The notes under the pieces were generated by a model, which ran no database searches, was not told the origin of the DNA, and saw only the letters and a list, made by a program, of their open reading frames with translations. Positions 24,485 through 37,722 of a DNA stretch of 64,000 nucleotides are shown here, one piece after another (within the stretch, counting starts at the first letter, position 1; the number at the start of each line of letters is the position of its first letter). This DNA comes from Tilletiaria anomala UBC 951 (taxonomy: Eukaryota): the NCBI RefSeq assembly GCF_000711695.1, contig NW_013547016.1, positions 124,001-188,000 on the forward strand. Reading direction: 5' to 3'. Made by a program: the position numbers and the translations under genes.

Positions 24485-27400
24485 TTACTCGGCGACGCTG
24501 CTCATCGGCGCTGCGTCGCCATCGGGAGCCGACGCTGCTGCGGCTTCGTCTCCAGCGTCATCCCCAGTCGGAACGAGAGCGTCAGCCGCAGGCTCCGCCT
24601 CCGCCTGCGGCTCAGCTGTTGCGTGCGTCTCGGGCTCTGGCTGCTCAGCTCCTGCTGCTGCTGCCACTCGCTCGATCGCCTGCACAGGATCGTCGGAAGC
24701 CGCGTTGGCGTCCGCCTGCGCTTCAGCTGGAACTTCCGCTTCCGCAGCAGGGGTCGCAGGCGCTGAGACAGAGGGCTCTTGCGCGTCGTGCTGCTGCTGG
24801 GCATTGAGATCATTCTGCCCCAGCTCCCCGCCGATGCCGTCGTTCCCGTTCTGCAGCGCCTGCGCTCGCTGGCTGGGGTGTTCGGGAAAGTACGCGGGCG
24901 GCGCATCGGCATCCGCGTCCTCGTCATCTTGCTGCTGCTGCTGTGTTGTATCGGCTAGAGGCACCGCTTCTGCTGCTGCTGCTGGTGCGTATTCGTGCCC
25001 GTTGTACTCCCCGCTTTGACCGCCACCGCCGCCGCTGCCGCTGCCGCTGCCCTCGCCACCATCGCCGCCGCCCTCGCCGGCGAGCTCGCGCTGGTGCTGG
25101 TGCTCGAGCTCGATCTGTGCAGCCATGGCGCCGCATGTTTTCTCGACCTTCCAGTGGCGGCGCAGCGCATCGGAACGCGGGAAGCCACTGCCGCACGCCT
25201 CGCAGATGTACGGCTTGTCGCCCGTCTTGCGGATGGCAAAGAAGAGAAGAGGGTGTGTGGAGGGTCGTGTCAGCGCAAGAAGAAAGCGGACGGACGCCAG
25301 GGCTGTCGGCGGATGCGACTCACATGCGTGCGCGAGTGCCGCTCGAGGTCGTGCTTGCGGCTGAAAGCGCGGGAGCAGCTGAGACACTGGAACGGCTTGA
25401 CTTGCGAGTGGCTGCGGAGATGCGCCTTGAGGTTATACATGCGGTTCTTTGCGAACGTCTTGTTGCACCCAGGGTATGGGCAGCGCACAGCTGCCTCGTC
25501 CGAGTCGCCAGGGATGGGGATCGGTGGCTGGTTCTCCAGCGAGAGAGCTTCCGCGGTGATGGACGCCGAGCCGATTGGGATGCCCATGGCGGTGTGCAGC
25601 AGCGTACCAGGTCCGCCGGCCATGAGGTTGTGCGGCGTGCGACCGCGCCCACGTCCGCGTGGCGGCACGATGGGCGCAGACGCGGATGTCGGTGCTGCTA
25701 CTGACGAAGCTGAGCCTGAAGCTGGTCCGCCGGTTCCGAGGGTGAGACCCAGGCTCGAGCAACCGCCCTGTCCTCCGTGTGGGGGCCAGCTGGGAGTTGG
25801 CATGCTCGGGGCAGATGCAGGGTCGTAGCGGTATGAAGCGGCTGCTGCTGCTGCGGACATGACCGCTTGCCTGTGACTCGCGGCGACTCGGTTGACCAGC
25901 GCCGTAGGATAGTAATCTTGGAATGGCTCCGCCGCATCGGACGGTGCAGCTGCTAATGATGCTGCTTGCCCCTGCACTGCGGCTCGCCTCGATTCGTCCG
26001 CCGTCTCCGCTGAGTGTGCATGTACATCGTCTGCAGCAGCAAGCGCGGGGTCCAGGTAGGGTGGCACACTTCTTCGTGCTGGCTCTGCTTCAGAGTGTCG
26101 CAGGTAGTGAGGATGGCCATCTCGGTAGTCGCCAGCAGCAGCAGCAGCAGCGGCGGCGGCGGCGGTGGCGGCAGCGTGGTAGTCTCCATTCGTAGAGGGG
26201 TGCTGATACTTTGCCTGTTTATGGAGATGCTGGTGGCTATACTGGTAGCCACCAGAGTAGGCGGCAGCGGCCTCGGCAGCTGCCGTCAACGCGGGACTTG
26301 CGCTGCTGCTGCTAGTGGTGGGTGGGGGTGCGGTAGAGCGACCTCCGAGGAGCTCTCTCCGCCGTTTGCCAAGCATGCTGGCGGGTGTGACAAAGGATGC
26401 CGATCTATGCAGCGGGGTGTCAGTGATACGAGTCGCAGCGCAAGGGGACGCAGGCGAAGACGCGTCCTGGATGACTGGGGGCGCGAGGGAAACGGCGCGT
26501 CGGGTGGTGGTGGCTGATGCCCCGCCGAGGGCGGGTGCCGGGTGGAGTGCTGCTGATAGTGCTGCTGCTTGTGGGTGCGTTGCCGATACGCGGACCGTGT
26601 CGGATGGATGGATGTATGGATGGGATGGAAATGTGGATGGGATGGAGATGGCGGCAGGGGCAGGGGCAGGTGAGAGCAGAGTGGGCGCAAGAATTGGGTT
26701 GGATCGCACCCCAATATGTACGCGTATGTATAACGAGGGACGGAAGGAAAGAGGGAAGGGAGAGAGCGTGCGCGGGACACGAGCAACAGTGGGCCAGTGC
26801 CCGTGGAGAAAAAAAAAGAGAGACAGAGAGAGTCAGCGGCCTCTGCGTGCGAGACTGCGCCAGAGAGTGGATTTACAAAGATGGATGCGTGGCATTGCGC
26901 CTGCGAATTGCGGCAGAGCCCCTGCGTTGCTCCACCCACAGCGCCCGCCGAGACAGGCGCCACACTCCGTCCGCAATTATGCAACCAAGACACGCCTTTT
27001 CTCTGTGGACGAGCCTAACGCCTCCCTCAACCCTACTTCCAGAGAGCAGAAGCACTCACCATTTGCCTCATCGTCGCCATTGTCTTCATCGATCGCAGCA
27101 GCAGCTGCAGAGTCTGGCATACCGCAAAGCTGCAGCAGAAACAGCGGAAGCGAGCCGCGGCGCGGCTGATGCCCATTGCCGTCGTCGGCTCTCCGCTGGT
27201 ACTTGTTGTGCTGCTGCGGTTGCCTGCTGCACCCTAAACCAAGCCCAGATCCAAAGCCCAGACCGAGCGCCGACGCGGGAGAGAGTGACGCTGGCGACAA
27301 GCCCAGCGCCGCGGATGGCGATGGCAAAGGGGAGGAAGTACATGCTGTCAGTGCCGATGCGAGCGATGGCGTCAGTGTCGCGCTTGGAGCCGTGCTGGTA

Positions 27401-27936
27401 GTGCTGGTAGTGCTGGTAGTGCTGGTACTGCTGGTACTGCTGGTACTGCTGGTACTGTTATTGCTGCTGCCACGTGTCATGAACTGTCCAATCGCTCTTG
27501 CGGCGGCGGCACCGCTACTGCTGTCCCCCGCCGCGCACAAAAGGCTAGTGCCGTGCGCGTTGGTGTTCAGCTTGCTCGGCCCATGGCTGCCGGCGTATGA
27601 AGACGACATAGTCGCCGCGCCGCTTGGTACAGATGCGGCAGAGGAGCGCTCGCGCGCCATGCGCGCTTTCGCCTGCGCTGCCGCCCATGCAGCGACGGAT
27701 GCTGCCTGCGGCTTGGGACGCTGAGCGCCGCCTGCGCTGGGCGAACCGCCTCGGCTTGCGGCCACCCTGGCGGTGGGGTGCGTGGCCGTTGCCGCTTGGG
27801 GAGGGAGAAGCGGCGGCGAGGAGGATGCTGACTTGCTCTCATTTGCGCTTTGCTGCTGCTGCACGTCGAATTCACGCTGCAGGCGCGGAGAGACGGGCGG
27901 CGACCTGGTGTGCATGGGCATTACTCCTGCCGACAT
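24485..27936 (-). CDS. C2H2 zinc-finger transcription factor (three fingers) with long low-complexity regions
   Basis: CPYPGCNKTF..YNLKAHLRSH, KPFQCLSCSRAFSRKHDLERHSRTH|TGDKPYICEACGSGFPRSDALRRH. Probable first exon 27060-27936; its link to the finger exons is inferred. Confidence 0.8.
27392..27457. repeat. 9-bp tandem repeat (gtgctggta/ctgctggta, ~7 copies) encoding a Ser/Thr tract
   Basis: Directly visible; reads STSSTSSTSTTSTTSTTS on the minus strand. Confidence 0.9.
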
Positions 27937-29137
27937 GGCCAAATGCTGCTGCTGCTGTTTGGTCTGCAAGCAGGTGGAAGTGAGAAAGTAGGTATGTGTG
28001 TGTGTGCCCTGGAAGAATGATGAAAGGCAAAGGCGAGCCAGGCGCTCGTGATCAGAGCCCGCTTGCGGTCGCGAGGGATGTTCGCTGGATGTGATCGCTG
28101 GTCGATACGGAAGCACGGCTCCTCGCTCGGATGGAGGGATAGAAGGGGGATGGTGATGGTGATGGTGATAGTGACAGTAGGGATGAATGAGAGAGATGGC
28201 ATGTCTGTGCAGCAGGTCCCAAGCTCTCCGCTTTGTGCAAGCGTGTAAAGGGCATCGCCAGCCAGCGAAGGTTAACGATAGAGAGAGCCGCCGGCAGGAC
28301 CCAGTGTCGGCGCAGACGCGCTGCTGCGTCTGCGCCGCCCCGTTGATCAAGAGCGGGGTTTGAGTGGTTGGAGAGCCTTCGGACTGGCAAGTACTTTGGT
28401 TTCGGACGGATGGTCCGAAACCAAAGTACGTGGCGCTGGGTGCTGCCCCACAGCTGACTGTACATATCTCATGCTATGCGCATATGTAGGATACGCGAGT
28501 CTGGCGAACACAGCCAGTGTGCCCACCGGTGTGCCCACTGGCTCACTGCTGACTTGTCCTTACCGCGGGCTGGCGGGACACTTTTGGCTTTCGCCACTCC
28601 CACTCCCACTCCCAGTGCCTATGTGCCCGTGTCCCCCTCCCCAGTGGATACAATTCGAACCCCATCCATACCCCCCACATGATTTACAAGATTACATTCA
28701 ACAAAGTCTACACATACGCTGCCGAGTTCGAAACAGCTCGCAGGGAGCATTGTGCGCATCGTCGACAATGTGTCGTGAGAAGCTCGCCGCTTCGCTTCTG
28801 TTTTGGCCTTTTCCATCCCGACAGACTTTCCTGAGGGTTTGAACCGAACAACTCGTCCACAAGTGCGACAAAGGAACAGAGAGCGGGAATGCCCGCCAAG
28901 GCCAGTATTCCTACGGCTCATCCCCTGTCCGGTTGTGGACGAGTGAGGGAGCAGAGAGACGACTCGGATTTCGAGAGACTAATGGTCCCACGTACGGCGA
29001 GGAGATATATCTCCCTGCTTGTCTCGGAGCGCGCAGGTCGGAATCCGTCGCGTTGCGTGTATATCGCGGGCTTTGCACAGCGAGACAACGCACAGACACT
29101 GTTATAGTTGACATGTCGCCACGCAGCCCAGTGCCTC

Positions 29138-31569
29138 TCAGGTCCCAGCTGCTGCGATCTGCGCCCTGAGCACCTCTGCCGCGCCCTGCGCGTCCGCACG
29201 GCCTCGGGCGCGCTTCATCACCTCGCCGACGAGGCGCATCAGCACCTTGGTCCGGCCCTGGCGCACCAGCCCGACCTCCTGCGGCAGGTCGCGCACCACA
29301 TCCGCGCACACGCGCTGCAGCTCGTCCGCCTCCAGCGAAAGCTGGCCCCGCGCGCGTAGCAGCTCCAGCAAGCGCACTGGCCGCTGCACAGCTTCTTCCA
29401 TCGTCGTCATCGATATGCTTGGAGGCATCGAGGCAAGCTCCGAGAGCAGCGCCTTGCCGACGCTACCGGTGATACGCTTGCTCTCTACCAGGTCAATCAG
29501 CTCGCCTAGCTGCTGTGCACTGACTGGATTGCGGCTGAACGGTCGATCTCCTAGTGCGCTGACCAGCTCGTTGATGATCCTCCAAGTGTGAACGAATGTG
29601 AACGCCCATTGCTTCCCGTCAGCACGCATGCCGCTTCGGTATCTCGCACTCTGCTTACCAATTGCAAACTACCAGCGGGTCGCGCCCCTTGGCCGTGTCT
29701 TCAAACAATCCGAGCGCCGTCATGTGATGCGCTGCTTCCTTGGAATCCGCATCTAGAGCACCACTATCATTGCCGTCGTCGAGACGGAGCAGCACGTTCA
29801 GGTCCCTGCCATTCAAGCCGTATGACGCGACCAGCCTGTCCCGCAAAGCATCCGGCAGCTCCGGTAGTGCATCTCTCACATGCTGTAACTTCTCCTAGCA
29901 GGCATGAAATGTAGCACCACCAGATCAGATAAGAACCAAGAAAACGAACTGGAACACCTCGACACACTCACCTCCGTGATATCTAGCGGAGGCAAACTCG
30001 GATCGGGCATGAAGCGATAATCCATAGCATTTTCTTTACTCCGCAGCGAGACGGTCTCCCCGCTCAGCTCATCGTACGCGCGCGTCTCCTGCACGACCTT
30101 GTCGCCTCGCAGCAGGGCTTGCACTTGACGACGCGCCTCGGAAGCTACAGCGTTCATGATGAACTTCGGCGACGAGACGTTCTTCACCTCCGTGCGTGTC
30201 CCCCACGGTTGCCCGTCCTGATGGACCGACACGTTCACGTCGCATCGCAGTGACCCCTTGTGGAGTTGGCGCCGGGAAGAGGGAGCAAGCCATGAGCTTC
30301 TAAGACGGCACCCTTGCATTTGATCAGGCGCGACGTACCTGCTCCATGTTCCCATCCGAAGCACCCACTTTCCGAAGCACCTGCTGCAATTTTCGGACGT
30401 ACGCGCCCGCCTGCTCCCGTGTTCTGAAAAAGCGTCCTCATGGGAGAATGAGCGTACGTTCACTCTCATCGAGTGCCGAGCATCACCCTCTCCTCACCGC
30501 ATATCCGGCGCACTGACGATCTCCATGAGGCCCACCCCCGCCCGATTAAGATCCACCTGCCGCAGGGTCGTACTGCCATCGGCACTGAGGCTCGTGTACG
30601 TCTTTGCAGTGTCCTGCTCAATCTGTAGTTGCTCGATTTGGACTGTCAGCTCCTGTTGTGGTGACGGCAGGTAGCCCTCGTCGAAACGCAAACGCAGGCT
30701 CCCGGATTTGGCGAGCGGTTCTAATATCCAGGGAATATCGTGAATTTCGAGGTCATCACGGCGTCTTAGCAATTGACAAACTCGAATGACCCACTGTATT
30801 TCATGGTAATTTGGTACCCAGGTGGCAGGTCGTGGTAGAAATAATGTTTTCGATCGAATCGTGCATCGGGCATAATTTCGCAGCCGAGTGCTAGAGCCGC
30901 TTTGACGGCAAGCTCGACGGCTTCGTGGTTCAACTTCGGAAGTGTGCCTGGCACCGCACGGTCAAACGGCGCCACATGAGTATTTGGGGCGGCAGGCGGA
31001 TAGAAGGGCGGTATTCGGGAGGCTGGGAAGGGACGCATCGCCAGCGGTCAGCTACCTTCCAACAGTCAAGCGGGCACAAGGTAGCATTCGCCAACAGAGT
31101 GGTTCCAAGACCTACGGCTGAACAGCTTGTGCTTGGTCTTGATCTGAGCATGACATTCGATGCCAATAACCATGTTCCAGCCTGGCGGTAAGGGCTCATG
31201 AACTCCCTTGCTAACATCGTCACTTGCAGTTGCACTCTCATTACGTGCCTGCTTGCCCTTTCGCAAGGCTGCTTTGGCAGCTGATTTCGATCCTGTTGGG
31301 TGCGACGAAGTGCCGCGCCCCGGCTCCTGGTGCATTTCTCGCCGTACATGGTCAATTGAAGAACTGCGTTGACATGGGCGTCGCACTCGGTTCGCGCAAA
31401 GCGAGCGGTTATGGAGCAGTGTGGGAAAGATTGAACCGGCAGAAGGATCCCCTGGCGGCAGGCAGCGATGAAATTGATGTGGACGGACCCGAAAGGGAAG
31501 CAACGCACGCGGGCCGGCGCCTTGCACCCGACTGGCCGCAACGCGCACGCAGCGCGCACACGAGCCCAT
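29138..31569 (-). CDS. PET112: Mitochondrial Glu-tRNA(Gln) amidotransferase subunit B (GatB), multi-exon
   Basis: [93 protein letters not shown]. Confidence 0.95.
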
Positions 31570-32035
31570 GATTTGCGGAGATCAGCAACCTCACCGCGAG
31601 GTGCTCAGTAGCCGTGCTGTCGTCCGTCCGTATCGATATGTTGTGCGACCGTGCTACTGCATACCGCAGTGCCTTCCTGTCTGCTCGACATCTCGTCAAC
31701 GAGAGACATGGGGATACTAACTCGTCAAACGCATATTCAAAAAGGTACGTATATTCAAAAGGTAAACACAGCAAATTGCACCGAATAATCAAGGGTGCGA
31801 TGACTTCATCTCCAGACGGATTATGTAAGCAAAATCTCCATTCACAACACTCCCATATGGTTGCACCCATATGACGACGTTGTGTCCATGTACTCTGATT
31901 AACGATACCAGGAGTGTTGAGGATGAAGAGGGGCGACTGCGCAGAATACTTATCGCGCCTGACAGGGCAGTAATACAAGCAGCTCTGCCAGAGGACCGTG
32001 TGGCTCAGTGCGAGGCGTGTGCAGCGCGACCGACG

Positions 32036-35000
32036 ATGGGGCGCAGCTCTGGTCGGTCAACCGCAGCAGCGATGGCGATGGTATGTGTTACCGTCGCCGC
32101 TTTGCTGACCTCGCCTTCTGCCGCTCTCCATACCGACAAAGGCTTGTATGCAACGCTCTCCACATCGCTGGCATTCAAAAATGATCACGATCCGCCCTCC
32201 GGGCCCGAGCCGGCGCCGTCACCGACCTCCATCACTGAGCCCATCGCGCCGAACGACCCGCGTCGAGCGTACATCGGCCCGTGGTTTCAACAGCAGGTCG
32301 CGCTCTCCTTCCTCATCGGCCTTTTGTCACTCGTCCTCTTCTCCTTTCTCCGTCGCAAGTATATCGCCCTATACGCACCTCGAACCAAGATCACCGGTCT
32401 CTTCAGTCCCTCAGTCGAGGCCTACACCGCGTCGCACGATGATCTGGAGCTCAAACACCTCTTTGCTTGGATCTTGCCCACGCTAAAGATCAAAGAGGTG
32501 GACTTCATCCAGAATCTGGGCATCGATGCGATAGTACTTCTCGACTTTCTCAAAATGGGCTTCTGGCTCTTCTTCTTTCTGTCTGTCTGGGCTGCTGCCG
32601 TTCTCATGCCCATCAATTGGATGCAAAATGGATCCATTGATGGCGTGGCGCCCTCTGAAGAGCAAGACAGCGGCGGCGACAATGAGACGGAAAAGACTAC
32701 CAATTGGGTGTTCCCTGCATCGTTGCAGATGACCCTCCTTCCAAACGGAGGGGGCCCCCTTGACGCTCCAATTGATCCGATTCCTCGGGTGCCAAGTGTA
32801 CCCTCGGTACCGCCTCAAGCGACGCTGTACCACTTTATGCACTTTCTCTCCACCTTGCTCATCTCAATTCTCGCCATTCGTGCCATTTACCGCAATTACA
32901 TGCGCTACGTCAAGTGTCGCCAGCTATACGCGCTCCAAATCCTCGAGTCCATTCCCGCACGCACTGTCATGCTCCGCCACCTTCCCATGCATCTGAAAGA
33001 GGAGAGGAAGCTGGCGGAATACTTTGAGGACATGGGGCACCCTGTCGAGTCGGTTTCACTCGTGCATGCTGTCAAGGGTCTGGGGAGGCTCCTGGACGAA
33101 AGGGCACAAGCGTTGTACAAGCTCGAGAAGGCTTGGTCCAAGTTCCTAGGCAATCCGACGCCCGCCAAGGCATATGACCCGGGGGCTATTCACCAAGCCA
33201 TCCAGCGGATGGCTCAGCAAGAGGAAGACGAGGGTGAGAGGGTCCACGCACGCCGCGACCTTCCAGTTGGCGCTGCTGGTGCACCCGATGTGGAACGTGC
33301 GCCACTGCTCATCCCCGCTGATGTCGACGACCCGACTCGAAGAATTCAGCTTCCTTCCGCCAAGCCCAGGCCGACAATGCGCACAAGCTCATGGAACCCA
33401 TTCTCTACGCATGTCGATGCGCTCGACGAGCTAGCGCGTCGTTTCCACTGCAAAGATCGCGAAGTGACCAAGTATCGCACGGATAGCCTCACGTCGAGCA
33501 TCGTCACCGGTGTCGGCTTCGTCACCTTTCAATCGGCCGAGTCTGCGCAGATCCTCGCACAGAGCGTACACTATCCTCTCCCGGGGCTATGCATCACGAC
33601 TCTTGCACCCGAGCCAAGGGACATCATCTGGTCGAATGTCGCCATGCCTGCTGGCGAACGCCGGACGCGACAGGTGCTCGTCAGCGCATTCGTGCTGCTC
33701 GTGCTCATCTTCTACATCCCGCCTTTGACGGCGCTAGCGTCCTTTCTCAAACCGGAAGCGATTCGAAAGTACGCTCCGTGGCTCTACAAGCTGCTCAGCG
33801 CTGAACCGCGCCTCGAGGCACTCGTACTCAACTTTCTACCATCAATCGTGCTCATCGCGTTCAACGCGCTATTGCCCATCATGTTCGAATGGACAGCGTA
33901 CTTCCAGGGGCTCCGCGCCAGAAGCCTCGTCGAATATTCTGTCTTTAAAAAATACTGTGAGCTTCGCATGGATATGCAGGTTACACAGCGCAGCCGAACA
34001 TCAAGCTGATGCGTTCTTGTGCTCGTTGCAGACCTCTTCTTGCTCGTATCAGTTGTGTTCATCTTCCTCATCACCAGCACGGCCTGGGAGGTGATTACGC
34101 AGCTCGCCAACAACCCCATGTCTTTGCTCGAGAAGCTTTCAGGCGCCTTGCCTAGCGCGCGCAAATTTTCTCTATCCTACGTGGTGCTGCAGTCGCTTGG
34201 CATCGTCCCTTTGCAAATGCTCCAATTGCCGATCGTCTTCCTTCGCTCCTTTCAGCGCATATGGACGCATACCCCGCGCGAGCACGCAGAGCTCAATGCC
34301 CCACCGCAGCTCTACATCGGCACGGTATACCCACAAGCGCTGATCGTCTTTACGATGTCTATCCTTTACTCGATCGTCAGCCCGGCGATTCTCTGCTTTG
34401 GCTGCCTCTACTTTGCCTCGTGCTACGTCGTATACAAGTATAAGATCCTCTTCGTCTACTACAAATCGTACGAATCCAAGGGAGAGGCTTGGCCGCTGTG
34501 CGCTTCAAGATGCATGTGGAGTCTCGTTCTGTTCCAGATTTTCCAACTCTCACTTTTCGTCGTTCGCAAACAGGCATTGCTCGCCATCCTTGTCGTCCCG
34601 TTGATCACGACGACCGTGTACATGGAAGGCTACCTCGCACGGACCTTTGCGCCACTCAGCGAGAACGTAAATCTTAGCAGTATTGCGGAGGCCAATCATC
34701 CGGCCGGACACGAAGCGACCGCAAGCGCCCCGAACGAAGCCAGTTGGAACATTGGCACAAGTGCGGACGGCCAGCTTGCCAACAAAGCCAATCTGCAAGA
34801 TGATGACACTCTCTTTGTCGCTGCAAGCGACCGACATACGGATTATCGCGAGCCACCATCACAAGGCACTTACTTCCCTGGGGTGCTTAACACTGGGAGA
34901 AGGCGGTATGGGCATCCAGCGCAGACGTGAGTGTGAAGTATTTTTGATGGCGTGCTTTGCCAAGGCGGGTTGCTATCAAAGACTTACCCTTATCTTTTCA

Positions 35001-35608
35001 ACTCATCTCATATCTACAGGGGAGTGTTGCCAGAGCTATGGCTACCAATACCAGAAGAAGCCGATGCTAACGAGCCTGAGCCGGAAGAAGAATATATGCG
35101 AACTTCTGCGGCCCTAGAGCATGCGCGGACCACCAGCTCAGCTAGTTGCAAGCAAGACCCAATTGTGCTGTCATTGCGCAATCGTAAACCTTCATTGCTT
35201 TCTCGGCATCGCTCGAATCCAATCCCTCGGCGTCACACTTCGCTTGCCCGTGGCGGGAGCGGCATTGGGCATGCGAATGGTGCTGGACCTGCGTCGCCAC
35301 CTCCAGTCCAAGCGCCTTCTATAACGCAGTACCCTTCAGGGCGTGGGACACCAGAGGCACCCAACATTTGGACAGACGGCATCAGCGGGTCGCAGGGCAC
35401 GAGCGGAGTCGCAGCGGTGGGCGAAGCGCTCACAGGTCCGGAAGCCGTTGCGCCAGCGCGGCTTCTCTCTGCGAATGTATATTACGGCGCGCATGGACGC
35501 GAAGGAGCCGGCGGTGACGATGACGAGCAGGAACAGTTCGAAGGCGTTTACATGCATCGCGCTCCCTCCAGCATACGTGAGCGACCACTACGCAGGCATG
35601 CATCATAA
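32036..35608 (+). CDS. OSCA/TMEM63 (Csc1/Rsn1-like) calcium-permeable channel (3 exons)
   Basis: LYAPR, GIDA..LDFLKMG, VLMPIN, ARTV, GFVTF, APEPRDIIWSN, YPQAL, YKYKILFVY...YESKG motifs. Confidence 0.92.
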
Positions 35609-35612
35609 GTGA

Positions 35613-37123
35613 TCAAGACGGATCCATTTCTCGATGCTTCTTCCGCAACTGCATCTTGATCCATTGTGAACTACCTCGACTCAGGTTCAACTCTGGTAGC
35701 AACTCCTGCAATGACGGCGCGTGTGCCTCCCCCGTGTCTGCGGACGAAGTTGCAGGGTTATAACGGTGCAAAGCAAGTGCCGCAGTTCCCATGTAGGAGT
35801 GCATTGCATCAGGAGCTTCGCCTGCTACCTTTGCGAAACCACCGATCCTGCTTTGATTGCCCAGGAGCCATCGAATATCGGCCGAGCGATCGATCATCTC
35901 GTCAGCGCCGACCATCTGCACGCCACCAAGTCAGCATTCAGCATACAAACCAGGACCTGCGCAGTGGATGTGTCAAGCTAGGATGACTCACAGCTAATGA
36001 TGCCCCACACCAGAACGAATAGCAGGTGTCTACAGGCTTTTCTGATCTCCCATTGAAGCCGGTACCGACTTGTTGTCGCGAGATTAGCCAACGTCGTAAT
36101 GAGGGAAGTTCTGTAATGAAATCAATACGGTCGGCCAATTTGAATGCAGCAATTGCACAGTAGGAGGATCCTCCTGCGAATTTAAACGAATCAGGGACAT
36201 GTTCCGGTAAGGGTCTTTCCATTGCAACGCCTCACCGTGAGATTCTTGCATTGGCGCTTGCGAAAAGCCACCGTCGTAATTCTGAGCAGTTGAGCTCGTA
36301 AGCAAAGAGAAAATAGACGAATATGCCCCCAGAAACTCACTCTACATCGTGCTAGGAACCGCAATGCCTGATCGATGTCGACGGCGTCCCAACAACCTGC
36401 CATTTGGGCGATCGCAAAGGCGCAAAAGGTGAATCGGACGTCACATTCGACTTGGCTCGGACCAGCCGTGAAACTGGGAGGCGGATCAATAAATGAGTAC
36501 AGAGATCAACTGAGTTATCTGCAAGGGTTGAGCGTCAGACGAACCTGCCATCTGCTTGCTGCGATATAGCGAGGAGTGCATGGAGACCTTCAATATTCAA
36601 TCTTCCAAAATCGTCTCTCAGAATGGCGAGGGTGAGAAGCGCAGTGTAGGTCATTGCGAGATGTCCCATTGCCCCAGTTGTGAATGCGTGCTGAGAAGTA
36701 GAAGGGACCGTTCCCGCTGTGGGCGATCCTCGAAACCCACCTCCCATGGCTGGGGCTTCAAGAAAAGAAATACACAAGGAGGCGGGTTCTAGGATGAGCG
36801 GTGGAGCGTATTTAAAAGCCGAAGGAAGCGCACTCACGAATCTGCTGTTCATACACCCAGTCGGCGAGCTCTTCTCGCTCCGTCTTTAGCAAATGACTCT
36901 CTACCGCGCTAAGAACGTCCAATGCCGAAAGACAAAAGTAGCCGATGGTCATTCTATTCAAAACCCGTCCGTGAAAGAGAGCGCTTCAGAAGGAGCGGCG
37001 TATTAGCCTAGGGAGAAAAGAAGAAAGAGCCTACCTTTGCGTATCAGCAGATTGGTATGGCGTGGGAAGCATGCGCAAATGGCGCAGCCAGAAGGAGACA
37101 TGCTTCGCTTGGTCCATCTCCAT
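35613..37123 (-). CDS. CDC43: Geranylgeranyltransferase type I beta subunit (multi-exon)
   Basis: KHVSFWLRHLRMLPTPY..D.QR, GGFRGS, HLAMTYTALL, YDGGF..P.QESH, GFNGR.EKPVDTCYSFW, GGFAK...PDAMHSYMG prenyltransferase repeats. Confidence 0.9.
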
Positions 37124-37722
37124 CGAAGAACGCAGCCGTTGCGAATGGAGTGTCCAATAAACTGTTCACCCACGAGCGCCTTTCGCCACTGTAGACTCCA
37201 AATGGCTGTTTTAGGGTGGGAGAGGCAGACTGTCAGTGCAGCTCACCGCTTATGGTGTAGCCTGCGGTCCGCTGTTATACAACTCGCAGCGCCGGCACTC
37301 GACCCCCGAGTAGCGAGAGACATAAGCATGTGTGGCGGTGATGGGAGGGACGTGCAGGCATGGTGGTCAGGTGAATGATTGTCACGTGATCCAGTTTACA
37401 AGGGGTCGGGTCGATGGTCTGCGTGTCCTCGTCATCGCCACAAACCAGGTTGGCCGACTGGGGGACGAAGGCAAGTGACTGGGCAGACTTGCAATTGAAC
37501 CAGATCCCATCAGCATCTCTCCATCCATCACATTTGCTAACATCTCACACCCTTGAAGCTCGAACGAGTCATCTAAGCATCCATACTGCAGGCAGAGTTT
37601 TTCATACCTCTCCTTTCCATTTACAGGTCCCTTTTTCTGGCAGAGACTGCTGCTAGAGCGCTCCTCCCTTTCGGCCACACTCTCTCACTCCCATATATCT
37701 TGATCGACGGCAGGCCATAAAG

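Noticed and set aside
27392..27457. Tandem repeat considered as CRISPR-like
   Set aside because: No spacers, eukaryotic context, and it encodes a Ser/Thr tract.
28720..28760. gagttcgaaac T-loop-like sequence (also gttcgaatcc on the minus strand near 59920)
   Set aside because: No T-stem, D-arm or acceptor stem can be built, so these are not tRNAs.
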